From NCBI GenBank assembly GCA_964346645.1, contig CAYFVU010000003.1, positions 7,157 through 71,156 on the forward strand: DNA of 64,000 nt. Direction: 5' to 3'. Numbering within the stretch: the stretch's first letter is position 1; the number at the start of each line of letters is the position of its first letter. The DNA is from an uncultured Spirochaetaceae bacterium (lineage in GTDB: Bacteria; Spirochaetota; Spirochaetia; DSM-16054; Sediminispirochaetaceae). The position numbers and the translations under genes are program-made. The notes beneath the pieces were generated by a model that saw only the letters and a program-made list of their open reading frames with translations, searched no databases and was not told the origin of the DNA. Shown one piece after another: positions 29,128-38,298 of this stretch.

Positions 29128-30042
29128 CTATTTCTTCAGCCGGCCCTTCTCATCGTGGTGCTCGTCGTACTGTATGTGAGGCGCTCCGGCGTAGCCCTGG
29201 GGATTGCGGAACCCGAGGGGATTCACGCCGCAGGGGTACTTGCTCTTGAGCTCCTCGATCAGCCCGGAGTAGTGCTTGACTACGCCCTCTACGAGCTGCT
29301 TTCCCTTCTTCTCGCTCGCTTTCGTCGGGTCACCGATAACACCGTTGTCCAGATCGTCCTTCTCGGGCAGCGCGAAGGTGCCTTCGAAGTGGTAGAACAT
29401 GCCGGGTTCGGCGGCCTGTCCCGGGGCGATCTTCCACTTGCCGTCTATCAGACCGTGACCGCCGCCCTGCTCTGCGAGATCCTGGTTCATCCACTGCGGA
29501 TAGAGGTAGAGTCCCACGGAAGACTCGGCCTCGTCGGCGTGCCACATGTAGTCGTCGAGCACATTCTTGTCGTCGCGCAGGAAGTCGTACCAGGTTGAGG
29601 AGAGGGTAAAGAAGCCCTCGATTCCGAGCTTGTGCACCGCAGTGATAGTCGACATGACCTGCCCGTGCGCAGAGATGATAATGAACTTGTTGAAGCCGGC
29701 CACCGCCGCGCCACGCACGATGTCGACGAGCAGTCCTATGTGGGTCTCGTAGGAGAGGGGGATGGTGCCGACCATTCCCCAGTGGTGGTGAGGGTGAGAG
29801 CCGTACATGGGACAGGGGAGGACCATGGCGCCGGTCTTCTCTCCGACTTTCTCCGCGATACCGACCGCGTTGAAGGTGTCCATTCCCGTCGGGGCGTGTG
29901 CGCCGTGCTGCTCTATTGCGCCTATGGGGAGAATTGCGACGTCACACACCTCTTTTGCGTACTTTGCCACCACGTGGGCGCTGTTCTCGTGATACCACAC
30001 CGAATCTCTCTTTTCCAATTTGAACTCTTTCTGTTCCTTCAT
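29128..30042 (-). CDS. creatininase-family (creatinine amidohydrolase-like) metal hydrolase
   Basis: VAILPIGAIEQHGAHAPTGMDT motif typical of the creatininase/MftE/ArfB family. Confidence 0.75.
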   Translation of the reverse strand: MKEQKEFKLEKRDSVWYHENSAHVVAKYAKEVCDVAILPIGAIEQHGAHAPTGMDTFNAVGIAEKVGEKTGAMVLPCPMYGSHPHHHWGMVGTIPLSYETHIGLLVDIVRGAAVAGFNKFIIISAHGQVMSTITAVHKLGIEGFFTLSSTWYDFLRDDKNVLDDYMWHADEAESSVGLYLYPQWMNQDLAEQGGGHGLIDGKWKIAPGQAAEPGMFYHFEGTFALPEKDDLDNGVIGDPTKASEKKGKQLVEGVVKHYSGLIEELKSKYPCGVNPLGFRNPQGYAGAPHIQYDEHHDEKGRLKK

Positions 30043-30068
30043 TCTTCTTCCTCTCTTTATTCTAGTTA

Positions 30069-31127
30069 TTAAAGCCGTGAATCAAGCTCGAGCTCTTCCG
30101 CCAGCTTGTTTAGATCCTGCACCAGTTCTCCGGGAACGGGCAGACCCTCTTCTCTGCGCTGTTGTTCGGTTTTCCATTCCATTTCCCCGGGGACGAGCTG
30201 CTCGTCCTCCGGATCCACCATCGGTGTATCCTTGACTTTACGGCGCAGCGTGTCCATCCGCTCGACGAACTCCTTCTCCTCCATAAAGACCTTAGGATCG
30301 AATACGGAGAAGAGGTGGCAGGTGAGGCTCGGGTCTTCCTTCGCCTTGTACATGCTCTTGATCTCGTTGTGGAAGGCGCCGCCGCTGAGGACGCCTGTCA
30401 CGATGTCCACGAACATCGAGAGGCCGAAGCCCTTGTGCATGCCTACCGGCAAAAGAAATCCCTTGAAGCCCTCGTCGGGGTCGTCGGTTTCCAGTCCGTC
30501 CTTCGTCACCGCCCAGTTGGTGGGAATCTTCTCCCCCTTCTTGCTCGCGAGAAGGAGTTTGCCGCCCGCGACCGCACTGAGGGAGATGTCGAGGGAGAAA
30601 GGGTAGTCCCCGGAGAGGGGCGCCGCCATCGCGATGGGATTGTTCCCCGTCGACGGCTTCTTGTTACCCTTCATGCCGATATTCGGCCCGACGTTGGTGG
30701 TAACCAGGCTCACGAGTCCCTGATCGGCGGCCATCCGCGAATAGAGCGATGCCGCTCCGAAGTGGTTGCTGTTCTTTACCACCACTGCGGAGACGCCGTA
30801 CTGCCTCGCCTTCTCTATGGCCCGTTCGATGCCGGCCCTTCCGACCACGAAGCCGTGTCCCGCATCGCCGTCCATCAGCTCGAGAGCCTTATCCTCGCCC
30901 TTCAGGCTGCGGATATCGGGACTGCTCTTGATGGCGCCGTTGCGTATGCGCTCGATGTATATGGGGGTACGGAGAATTCCGTGGGAATCTACTCCCCACA
31001 AATTCGTCTGCACCGCACAACGGGCGCAGAAGGAGGAATCTTCCCCGCTGAGTCCCGCTGCCGAATACATCTCTGTGAGGAACTGTTCCGCTTCCTCTAC
31101 GGATATCTTTTTCTCGTTTCCTTCCAT
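30069..31127 (-). CDS. Ldh_2-family (malate/L-lactate dehydrogenase type 2) oxidoreductase
   Basis: …TNLWGVDSHGILRTPIYIERIRNG…, NHFGAAS…, PIAMAAP motifs. ATG 31127 has GGAG 6 nt upstream; the ORF track start at 31139 is TTG. Confidence 0.8.
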   Translation of the reverse strand: MEGNEKKISVEEAEQFLTEMYSAAGLSGEDSSFCARCAVQTNLWGVDSHGILRTPIYIERIRNGAIKSSPDIRSLKGEDKALELMDGDAGHGFVVGRAGIERAIEKARQYGVSAVVVKNSNHFGAASLYSRMAADQGLVSLVTTNVGPNIGMKGNKKPSTGNNPIAMAAPLSGDYPFSLDISLSAVAGGKLLLASKKGEKIPTNWAVTKDGLETDDPDEGFKGFLLPVGMHKGFGLSMFVDIVTGVLSGGAFHNEIKSMYKAKEDPSLTCHLFSVFDPKVFMEEKEFVERMDTLRRKVKDTPMVDPEDEQLVPGEMEWKTEQQRREEGLPVPGELVQDLNKLAEELELDSRL

Positions 31128-31143
31128 ATAAAACTCCAATGTA

Positions 31144-31157
31144 TGTATACGTATTCA
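31144..31157. promoter_or_regulatory. candidate LacI-type operator TGTATACGTATTCA
   Basis: 17 nt upstream of the Ldh_2 ATG, at the head of the six-gene operon. Confidence 0.5.
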
Positions 31158-31358
31158 TTTTACATGCAGGACTTTGGATCTGTCAAGAAAAACCGCTGCC
31201 CATTACGGGGCTTTTTCGCCCGATTTTCACCCCTTTCTTGCTGCATCTCCGAAAAAAAGGGCGAGTTCAGGGCAAAAGGTGCCGCTTCCATCCATCCGCC
31301 TGGGATCTCGCGTCCATGCGTGGACGGGACTCCGCGGGGTCTTCCTGCATGGGCACAG

Positions 31359-31372
31359 TGAATACGTAATCA
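31359..31372. promoter_or_regulatory. candidate LacI-type operator TGAATACGTAATCA
   Basis: Second site about 215 nt upstream of site 31144 in the same spacer. Confidence 0.4.
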
Positions 31373-31399
31373 GCTACTCCCGTACCCTCCCCGCCCACG

Positions 31400-31418
31400 A
31401 ACAAACCGCAATGTGCGG
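31400..31418 (-). terminator. weak intrinsic terminator after the URO-D paralogue
   Basis: Minus strand CCGCA-CAT-TGCGG followed by TTTGTT, starting 3 nt after the stop codon. Confidence 0.4.
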
Positions 31419-31420
31419 CC

Positions 31421-32557
31421 TCAGTCACACTGCAGAGGATAGCTGCCGAACTCGTGGGCGGCCTCGAACATCACCTTCACGTTCTCCGGCGGAATGTCCC
31501 AGTTTATCTGATGGCAAGTGGAGATGATGTAGCCGCCGCCTCGACCGAGATCGCAGATGCGCCGCTTTACCTCCTGTCGAACATCTTCCTCGCTCGCATT
31601 GACCATGACGTTCTGCACGTCGATCGCGCTGTGAAAGCAAATTTTGTCGCCGTACTGATCATTCAGAGCCTTCGTGTCGCTCAGCTCCTCCACCGATGTC
31701 TGTACAGGATTGAGAATGTCGACCCCCATCTCGATCATACCGTCTATGATCGGTAGCACCGAGCCGTCGGTGTGAAACATCACCTTCACGTGGGGTGCAA
31801 GGCTCTTGATGTGGGATATGAGCTCCTGCTCGTAGGGCTTGAGAAACTCCGCCCACATGTCAGGCGACATTAGCAGCGAGTTCTGGCTGCCGAAATCGTC
31901 AGTGAGATAGACGATCTGCACATATTCGCCGACTTCACGCATGTAGAGACTGTAGAGCTCCTTGTAGACCTCCGTCACCTTCTTCATGAGTGCATGCACC
32001 AGATCCGGATTCAGCACGAAGTCCATAAAGAGCTGGTCCATACCGCGCAGCTCCCGGGAGGACTGAAAGACCCCGCCCTTTATGCCGTCGGCGCCGATTA
32101 CGTAGTCGCTGTTCTCGTGCCAGTGCTTCGCCTGCTCCCTCAGTCCAGCGAACATCTCCTCGTCGTCGGTGCGGGGCCATGAGTATGTATCCAGATCCTC
32201 GACACTCGCCTCGCGCAGGGGCGAATCCACCTCAGAGTAGGAGTCTCCCATGTTCCGGAAGAGCACGCCGAAGAGATTACGGTAGTGCTCCTCGTCTACC
32301 TCCTCTATCTGCGTCCACTTGGGGATGAGCCATCGAAAATCCACACCGAGAGCCTCAAGCACATCCTCATCCGAAACCACGCACTGATTCATTCTATCGA
32401 GAATGGTAAAGTCCTGCACCTCAGGTAAGCCGAGCACCTTTCTCACCGGATTGTACTCCTTCTTATGGAACGAACCGACCTGCTTGCCTTGGTCAACCAG
32501 CACACGACCGACCTCCCGGTGGGCCATCGTTGCATCGAAAATCTCCCGTCTATTCAT
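31421..32557 (-). CDS. uroporphyrinogen decarboxylase (URO-D) family protein, function unknown (second paralogue)
   Basis: URO-D-like barrel (…VMFHTDGSVLPIIDGMIEMGVDILNPVQ…GGGYIISTCHQI). AAGGAGAA RBS. Confidence 0.75.
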   Translation of the reverse strand: MNRREIFDATMAHREVGRVLVDQGKQVGSFHKKEYNPVRKVLGLPEVQDFTILDRMNQCVVSDEDVLEALGVDFRWLIPKWTQIEEVDEEHYRNLFGVLFRNMGDSYSEVDSPLREASVEDLDTYSWPRTDDEEMFAGLREQAKHWHENSDYVIGADGIKGGVFQSSRELRGMDQLFMDFVLNPDLVHALMKKVTEVYKELYSLYMREVGEYVQIVYLTDDFGSQNSLLMSPDMWAEFLKPYEQELISHIKSLAPHVKVMFHTDGSVLPIIDGMIEMGVDILNPVQTSVEELSDTKALNDQYGDKICFHSAIDVQNVMVNASEEDVRQEVKRRICDLGRGGGYIISTCHQINWDIPPENVKVMFEAAHEFGSYPLQCD

Positions 32558-32568
32558 AGTCTTCTCCT

Positions 32569-32582
32569 TGAATACGTATACA
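32569..32582. promoter_or_regulatory. candidate LacI-type operator TGAATACGTATACA
   Basis: 12 nt upstream of the URO-D paralogue ATG, abutting its RBS. Confidence 0.5.
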
Positions 32583-32643
32583 TAACACCTCTATTGTACG
32601 TTTCCAGCTCGGTATTGTAAAGATACTTTTCGGACTGATAGCA

Positions 32644-34452
32644 CTATTCGAGGTGTTCGGCAATGACCTGCAGGAAGGCATCCCCGTATTTGGCTAACTT
32701 CTTCCGCCCTACTCCGGAGAGATCGAGGAGCTCTGAGCGGCTTCGCGGAAGCTCCTCGGCCATCGCCTTTAGCACCGCATCGGAGAAGACCATGTAGGGG
32801 GCGATTTTCCGCTCTCGCGACAACTCCAGCCTCTTCTTCCGCAGCCCGTCGAACAACCGCCCGTCCTTCCTGCCGGCTGTATCGGCTTTTTGTTCCCGCA
32901 CGGACTGCTGCTCCTGTCTCCGCTGTAAAATGAAGGATTCCCTTCCGAACAGCACGTTCCTGCCGGTTTCGGTGAGCTCGAGTACCGGCAGATTACCACC
33001 GCTCTGCCTCAGTGCCCCGCGAGAGAGGAGGTCGGTAACCAGCTCGTTCCAGTGCCGTTTCGGCTTGTCCCTGCCGACTCCGTAGGTGGGCAGCCCGTCG
33101 TGCCCCCACTGGCGGATTCTCTCGGTCTTCGCTCCCTTCACGATATCGACAATCTGGCCGGCACCGAAGCGCTCTTCGGTTCTGGCGACGGCCGACAGGA
33201 GTTTCTGCGCGTCCACGGTCAGGTCCTCGCTTCTACCCGCATCGGTACAGACGTCGCAGCTGCCGCAGTTTCCCGGGTGCGCCTCGTCGAAGTGACCGAG
33301 CAGGACCTTCCTCCGGCATTCATCCGCCTCTGCATAGCTCACCATGGTCTCGAGGTTCCTCCTGCCCCGCTCCGCCTCTGCCTCGTCCTCTATGCGATCG
33401 ATGAAGTAGCGGATCTTGCCGATATCCCTCGGCGAGTAGAGCAGCAGGCAGTGGGAGAGCAGTCCGTCGCGACCCGCCCGCCCAGTCTCCTGGTAGTATG
33501 CCTCGAGGCTCTTCGGCAGATCGCCGTGGATCACGAAGCGGACGTTGGATTTGTCGATTCCCATGCCGAAGGCGATCGTCGCCACCACCACATCGGCCTC
33601 GTCGCGTACGAAGAGCTCCTGATTCTTCCGACGCAGCTCGTCCGGGAGCCCGGCGTGGTAGGGAATGGCTTTGACCCCAGCGCTCCGGAGGTACTCCGAG
33701 GTCGCCTCCACATCTTTACGCCTGGTGCGGTAGACGATGCCCGCCTTACCGGGCCGATCGAGGACGAAGCCGAGTATCTGTTCGAGGGGCTGCTCTTTGC
33801 GCCGCACCCGGTAGAATATCTCCGGGCGGTCGAAGCTCGCGCGCAGCACGAAGGGCCTCTTCATCCGGAGCTTGGCTACGATATCTGCCTGCACCTTCGT
33901 GGTGGCAGTGGCGGTAAATGCGGCTATGCGGGCCTGCGGAAAACTCTTGCGGATGGTCGAAAGCGAGAGATAGTCCGGACGGAAATCGTGGCCCCACTCG
34001 CTTATGCAGTGGGCCTCGTCGATGACGAAGAGGGAGGGGTAGAGCTCCTGCAGCTGTTCACGAAAGCGGGGCAGCGAAAAGCGTTCGGGACTGATGTAGA
34101 GGAGCTTTACCTTGCCGGAGAAGAGGCGGCGATAGATATCGCGTGCCTGCTCCTCCCCCAGGGAGCTGTTGATGAACTCCGCCGGAATGCCGAGCTCCTG
34201 CGCCGCGCTCACCTGATCGTGCATGAGGGCGATGAGAGGACTCACCACCACGGTGATGCCATCGAGCATGAGGGCGGAGAGCTGATAGCAGAGCGATTTG
34301 CCCCCGCCTGTGGGCATGGAGACGAAGACGTCCCTGTTGTCGAGGATCGCCTCCACCACCTCCTTCTGGTTTGCTTTGAAGGAGTCGAATCCGAATGTTT
34401 CTTTCAGCGCGTCCGTGATTTTCCGGTCTGAAGCCACGGCACACTCTCTCAC
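32644..34452 (-). CDS. recQ: ATP-dependent DNA helicase RecQ
   Basis: Helicase motifs (MPTGGGKSLCYQ, DEAHCISEWGHDFRPDY), Zn-finger Cys cluster (CRRK…CGSCDVC), RQC and C-terminal HRDC (…YMVFSDAVLKAMAE…). Confidence 0.9.
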   Translation of the reverse strand: MRECAVASDRKITDALKETFGFDSFKANQKEVVEAILDNRDVFVSMPTGGGKSLCYQLSALMLDGITVVVSPLIALMHDQVSAAQELGIPAEFINSSLGEEQARDIYRRLFSGKVKLLYISPERFSLPRFREQLQELYPSLFVIDEAHCISEWGHDFRPDYLSLSTIRKSFPQARIAAFTATATTKVQADIVAKLRMKRPFVLRASFDRPEIFYRVRRKEQPLEQILGFVLDRPGKAGIVYRTRRKDVEATSEYLRSAGVKAIPYHAGLPDELRRKNQELFVRDEADVVVATIAFGMGIDKSNVRFVIHGDLPKSLEAYYQETGRAGRDGLLSHCLLLYSPRDIGKIRYFIDRIEDEAEAERGRRNLETMVSYAEADECRRKVLLGHFDEAHPGNCGSCDVCTDAGRSEDLTVDAQKLLSAVARTEERFGAGQIVDIVKGAKTERIRQWGHDGLPTYGVGRDKPKRHWNELVTDLLSRGALRQSGGNLPVLELTETGRNVLFGRESFILQRRQEQQSVREQKADTAGRKDGRLFDGLRKKRLELSRERKIAPYMVFSDAVLKAMAEELPRSRSELLDLSGVGRKKLAKYGDAFLQVIAEHLE

Positions 34453-34598
34453 GAGCTGCCGTGCCTGATCAACTCCCGACTCCGACTCTCACCTCGGAAC
34501 CGACACACGGCAGAGCAGCATCGCAGCTCCTCCGGTGCCAAGATTTCCGACAATTTTACTGCCTGTATCTGCAGACCGAACCGTTGTATAGTGTGGAC

Positions 34599-35540
34599 AT
34601 GGAAAGAGTATTCGGACCCGTTCCCTCCAGAAGATTGGGCCGGAGCATCGGCATAAACAACATTCCCCCCAAAGTCTGTTCCTACTCCTGTGTCTACTGC
34701 CAGCTCGGCAGGGCGATCGAAATGGCTGCACAGAGACGCAGCTTCTACGAACCGGAGGAGCTCCTCGAAGAGACCGGCCGCAAGATCGAGCAGGCTCGCT
34801 CCCGAGGCGAGCAGATCGACTACCTCACCATCGTCCCGGACGGAGAGCCTACCCTCGATAGCAGATTGGGAGAGCTCATCGAAGGACTCGGGAGCTTCGA
34901 CATAAAGACGGCCCTCATAAGCAACGGATCGCTGCTCGGGGATCCGCAGTTGCGGGAAGAGCTCTTGGGGCTCGATTGGATATCCGTCAAGGTCGATGCC
35001 GCCGACGAGACTACATGGCGCAAGACGGACCGTCCTCACAAGAGCCTCGAGTTCGACAGAATGCTCACCGGAACGCGTACCTTCGCCGAATCCTTCGGGG
35101 GAACCTTCACCACCGAGACCATGCTGATCGGAGATCTGAACGACACTCCGGAGCAGATAGAAGAGGTTGCGGAGATGCTCGAGGCCCTCGAGCCGGCGAA
35201 GGCCTACATCTCCATCCCCACACGCCCGCCCGCGGAGAGCTGGGTGCAGCCGTCCGACGAGGAGCACATCGCCTACGCCTACGGAAGGTTCAGGAACGTC
35301 GTGCCCCATGTAGAGAACCTAATCGGCTACGAGGGAAACGAGTTTACCGCCTCCGGAGAGGCCCGCGACGACCTGCTCAGCATAACTGCAGTGCATCCCA
35401 TGCGCAGAGATGCGGTCGAAGAGCTCCTCCGAAAGGACGGAGCCGATGAATCGGTGGTCGAGGAGCTGCTGCGCACCGGCGAGTTGAAGGAAGTCGGTTA
35501 TTCAGGCTACCGCTACTACGTGCGGGGGTTTCGGAAGTAA
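34599..35540 (+). CDS. radical SAM protein (function unknown)
   Basis: MERVFGPVPSRRLGRSIGINNIPPKVCSYSCVYCQLG has a CxxxCxxC cluster motif. ATG 34599 avoids the overlap with recQ implied by the ORF-track start 34461. Confidence 0.75.
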   Translation: MERVFGPVPSRRLGRSIGINNIPPKVCSYSCVYCQLGRAIEMAAQRRSFYEPEELLEETGRKIEQARSRGEQIDYLTIVPDGEPTLDSRLGELIEGLGSFDIKTALISNGSLLGDPQLREELLGLDWISVKVDAADETTWRKTDRPHKSLEFDRMLTGTRTFAESFGGTFTTETMLIGDLNDTPEQIEEVAEMLEALEPAKAYISIPTRPPAESWVQPSDEEHIAYAYGRFRNVVPHVENLIGYEGNEFTASGEARDDLLSITAVHPMRRDAVEELLRKDGADESVVEELLRTGELKEVGYSGYRYYVRGFRK

Positions 35541-35558
35541 CCCTCGTTATTGAAAAAA

Positions 35559-35601
35559 AGACCTTCTCTCCGGCCGAAATCGAACCGAGGAGAGAAGGTC
35601 T
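35559..35601. terminator. bidirectional intrinsic terminator (13-bp perfect stem)
   Basis: AGACCTTCTCTCC (35559-35571) pairs with GGAGAGAAGGTCT (35589-35601). An A7 run lies on one side and a T-rich stretch on the other. Sits between the convergent radical SAM gene and feoB. Confidence 0.75.
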
Positions 35602-35638
35602 CTGCGTTTCTTCGTTCCTTCGAGGATGCCTTACACGA

Positions 35639-38038
35639 TTATGAGCTCCTTTCCTCCGCCGCCTCTCTTCCGAGCAGACTGAGGGCGACGAACACCCCTA
35701 TCATCACGAATAGGGGCAAAATGATAAACGTAAGACTATGTCCCACCGTCACCTGATAGAAGAGCGTCGCGGTACTCCAGGCGAGGATGGTCAGGTAGGC
35801 CGCCTGCACGAGACCGTACTTCCAGCCCATCTCCTGAATCGCCGTACCAAAGGCGGCCACACAGGGAAAGTAGATGAGCACGAAGAGCAGGTAGGCGTAT
35901 GCCGAGTAGGGATCGAAGTGCTCCCTCATGCCGGTAAAGACCGTTCTGTCCGCCTCGACGATCTCCGCCGTCTCCTCCACATCGTGTCCGATCATGTCCA
36001 GTCCGAGCGTGGTGCCGAGGCCGGAGAAGATGCCGGTCAGCCCCTCCCCGAAAGCGGTAAACGACTCGACGATGCCGTCGGTAAGGGAGAAGCCGGCCTC
36101 TTCGACGCCTTCCGGGGCGGCGGAATCCGCTGGGTCGAGCCGGGCACCGGTGGTCGAGGCCGTATTCCGGCTTGCCTCAGCCGCACTGACCTTCTCAACC
36201 GTGTACAGCGAGTTGAGCGTGCCGACGATCACCTCTTTGGCGAAGAGACCGGTAAAGAGCCCCACGGTGGCGGGCCAATTCTCATCCTCGATGCCCATCG
36301 GTCGGAAAACCGGCGTGATGCCCTTTCCCACCGCGGAGAGCACCGAGTCCTCCGCGTCCTCGTTGCCGAAGCTTCCGTCGGTACCCAGCGAGTTGAAGAT
36401 GCTCAGCAGGAAGACCACCAGAATGATCGCCTTTCCCGCACGCCGGATGAAGAACTGCAGCCGCTTCCACGCCGAAGCAAAGGTGTTCCGAAAGGTGGGC
36501 GCATGGTATTTCGGCAGCTCCATGACGAAGGTGGAATCCCCGCTTTTGAAGAGGGTCTTGCGCAGGAGCCAGCCCGTAGCAATGGCCATGACGATGCCGA
36601 TCATATAGATAGAGAAGACGATCCCTCCGGCACGAGCACCGAAGAAGGCTGCGCCGAAGAGGGCGTATACGGGCAAACGCGCCCCGCAGCTCATGAACGG
36701 GGTGATGAAGAGGGTGAGAAAGCGATCCTTCTTGTTCTCCAGAGTCCTCGTTCCGAGCATGGCGGGAATCGTACAGCCGAAGCCCACGATCATCGGCACG
36801 AAGGCCTTCCCGGGCAGCCCGATGGACTGCATCACACGGTCCATCACAAATGCCGCGCGGGCCATGTAGCCCGAGTCCTCCAATATGCTGAGCATGAGGA
36901 ACATGAAGAATACCACTGGGATGAAGGTGGCAACCGTCTGAATACCCGCTCCCACCCCATCTGCGAGGATCGTCGTAAGCCACGTCGGCGAGCCGACCGA
37001 CTCGAGCAGCACGGCGAGCCCGTCGACGAAGAAGGTACCCGCCAAAATATCGAAGAAGTCGATGAAGGAGAATCCGACATTCACCGCAACCCAGAAAGCC
37101 AAGTACATCACCCCGAGGAAAATCGGTATGCCGAGAAATCTGTTCAAGACGACATCGTCTACCCGGTCGCTCAGACTCCTCTTCTCCTCCTTCCGGGAGA
37201 CGCTCTTCTCGGCGATTCCGTGGATGTAGTCGTAGCGGGCGTTGGCTATCATTACATCCGCCTCGACTTTCTCCTCATCGCGAATGTTCTTCCACGCCTC
37301 TTCTATCGAATCCACGGAGAGCACATTCCGCCTCTTCGCCGTCTCGATCATGTAGTCGTTGCCTTCGAGTATCTTCAGCGCCATCCAGCCGTCCAGTCCG
37401 ATCTCGCCACCGGTATCTTTCCACTCCGCTACGTAGCGCCGGATTGAGTCGGGATAGCTGATGCGAGCGTCTAAGTCTTCGCCCGCAGGACGGCTCCCGC
37501 GCGAGGACAGGTGAGCCAGAATATTGCGCCTGATCTTCTTCACCTCTTCCTTTTTCGTTGCCACCAAGGAGTAGACCGGCACCCCGAGCTCCTTCTCCAA
37601 GGCGCTCGGATCGACACGGACTCCCTCCCTCTCTGCAATATCCGTCATGTTGAGCAGCACCATCACCGGCATTCCCATCTCGATGAGCTGTACGGTGAGG
37701 TAGAGGTTCCGCTCTATGTTCGATGCGTCGACGATGTTGACCACCAAGTCAGGATTCTCGTTGAGGAGAAAGTCCTGCGCGATCCTCTCGTCCTCCGACG
37801 AGCTGTGGAAGGCATAGATGCCGGGCAGATCCACCACCCTTGTTCTCTCCTCACGCTCCCCGAAGTAACCGACCTTCTTCTCGACCGTCACTCCGGGCCA
37901 GTTGCCGATCTTCTGGCTGCCCCCTGTCAATCCATTGAAGAGGGTAGTCTTTCCGCTGTTCGGATTACCGGCAATGGCGACCGTATACTGTTTCTTCGCC
38001 GTTGCCGCGGCTGCTGTTGCTACCGCGTCCTGTCTCAT
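35639..38038 (-). CDS. feoB: ferrous iron transporter FeoB
   Basis: N-terminal G domain (GNPNSGKTTLFN, DLPG) followed by a large polytopic membrane domain. Confidence 0.9.
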   Translation of the reverse strand: MRQDAVATAAAATAKKQYTVAIAGNPNSGKTTLFNGLTGGSQKIGNWPGVTVEKKVGYFGEREERTRVVDLPGIYAFHSSSEDERIAQDFLLNENPDLVVNIVDASNIERNLYLTVQLIEMGMPVMVLLNMTDIAEREGVRVDPSALEKELGVPVYSLVATKKEEVKKIRRNILAHLSSRGSRPAGEDLDARISYPDSIRRYVAEWKDTGGEIGLDGWMALKILEGNDYMIETAKRRNVLSVDSIEEAWKNIRDEEKVEADVMIANARYDYIHGIAEKSVSRKEEKRSLSDRVDDVVLNRFLGIPIFLGVMYLAFWVAVNVGFSFIDFFDILAGTFFVDGLAVLLESVGSPTWLTTILADGVGAGIQTVATFIPVVFFMFLMLSILEDSGYMARAAFVMDRVMQSIGLPGKAFVPMIVGFGCTIPAMLGTRTLENKKDRFLTLFITPFMSCGARLPVYALFGAAFFGARAGGIVFSIYMIGIVMAIATGWLLRKTLFKSGDSTFVMELPKYHAPTFRNTFASAWKRLQFFIRRAGKAIILVVFLLSIFNSLGTDGSFGNEDAEDSVLSAVGKGITPVFRPMGIEDENWPATVGLFTGLFAKEVIVGTLNSLYTVEKVSAAEASRNTASTTGARLDPADSAAPEGVEEAGFSLTDGIVESFTAFGEGLTGIFSGLGTTLGLDMIGHDVEETAEIVEADRTVFTGMREHFDPYSAYAYLLFVLIYFPCVAAFGTAIQEMGWKYGLVQAAYLTILAWSTATLFYQVTVGHSLTFIILPLFVMIGVFVALSLLGREAAEERSS

Positions 38039-38271
38039 TCCTCAACCTCCTCGACCAATATCACCATCGCCTCCTGTTTGCGGAGCGAGGCCATTGCGCC
38101 CCGCACCTCCACCTCTACCGGATCGCCGAGAGGGGCGATTCTCCGTATCCTAATCTCACTCCCCTGGGTGAGCCCGAGCGAGTAGAGCTTTGCTCTGTAG
38201 CCGTTGCTCCCCTCGTCGAAACCGACGATCTTCGCACGGCTCGGCGCCGCCAATTCATTCAAGCGTTTCAT
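38035..38271 (-). CDS. feoA: FeoA-family protein
   Basis: 78-aa SH3-like FeoA sequence (…GLTQGSEIRIRRIAPLGDPVEVEV…). Its stop overlaps the feoB start. Confidence 0.75.
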   Translation of the reverse strand: MKRLNELAAPSRAKIVGFDEGSNGYRAKLYSLGLTQGSEIRIRRIAPLGDPVEVEVRGAMASLRKQEAMVILVEEVEE

Positions 38272-38298
38272 ATATAACCTCCGTTCGTTTGTATACCG

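Noticed and set aside
26331-29249. 972-aa plus-strand ORF spanning three minus-strand genes and their spacers
   Set aside because: It lies antisense to the aldolase, isomerase and SDR genes, which happen to share one reading frame. Its translation is low-complexity (G/L/V/D/H/R-rich) with no family motifs. Long antisense ORFs arise in GC-rich coding DNA because TTA/CTA/TCA codons are rare on the sense strand.
29128-30042. Creatininase-family ORF as a creatinine-degrading enzyme
   Set aside because: The family also includes peptidases and deformylases. No creatine or sarcosine genes are nearby, and the operon context is sugar-related. Substrate is left open.
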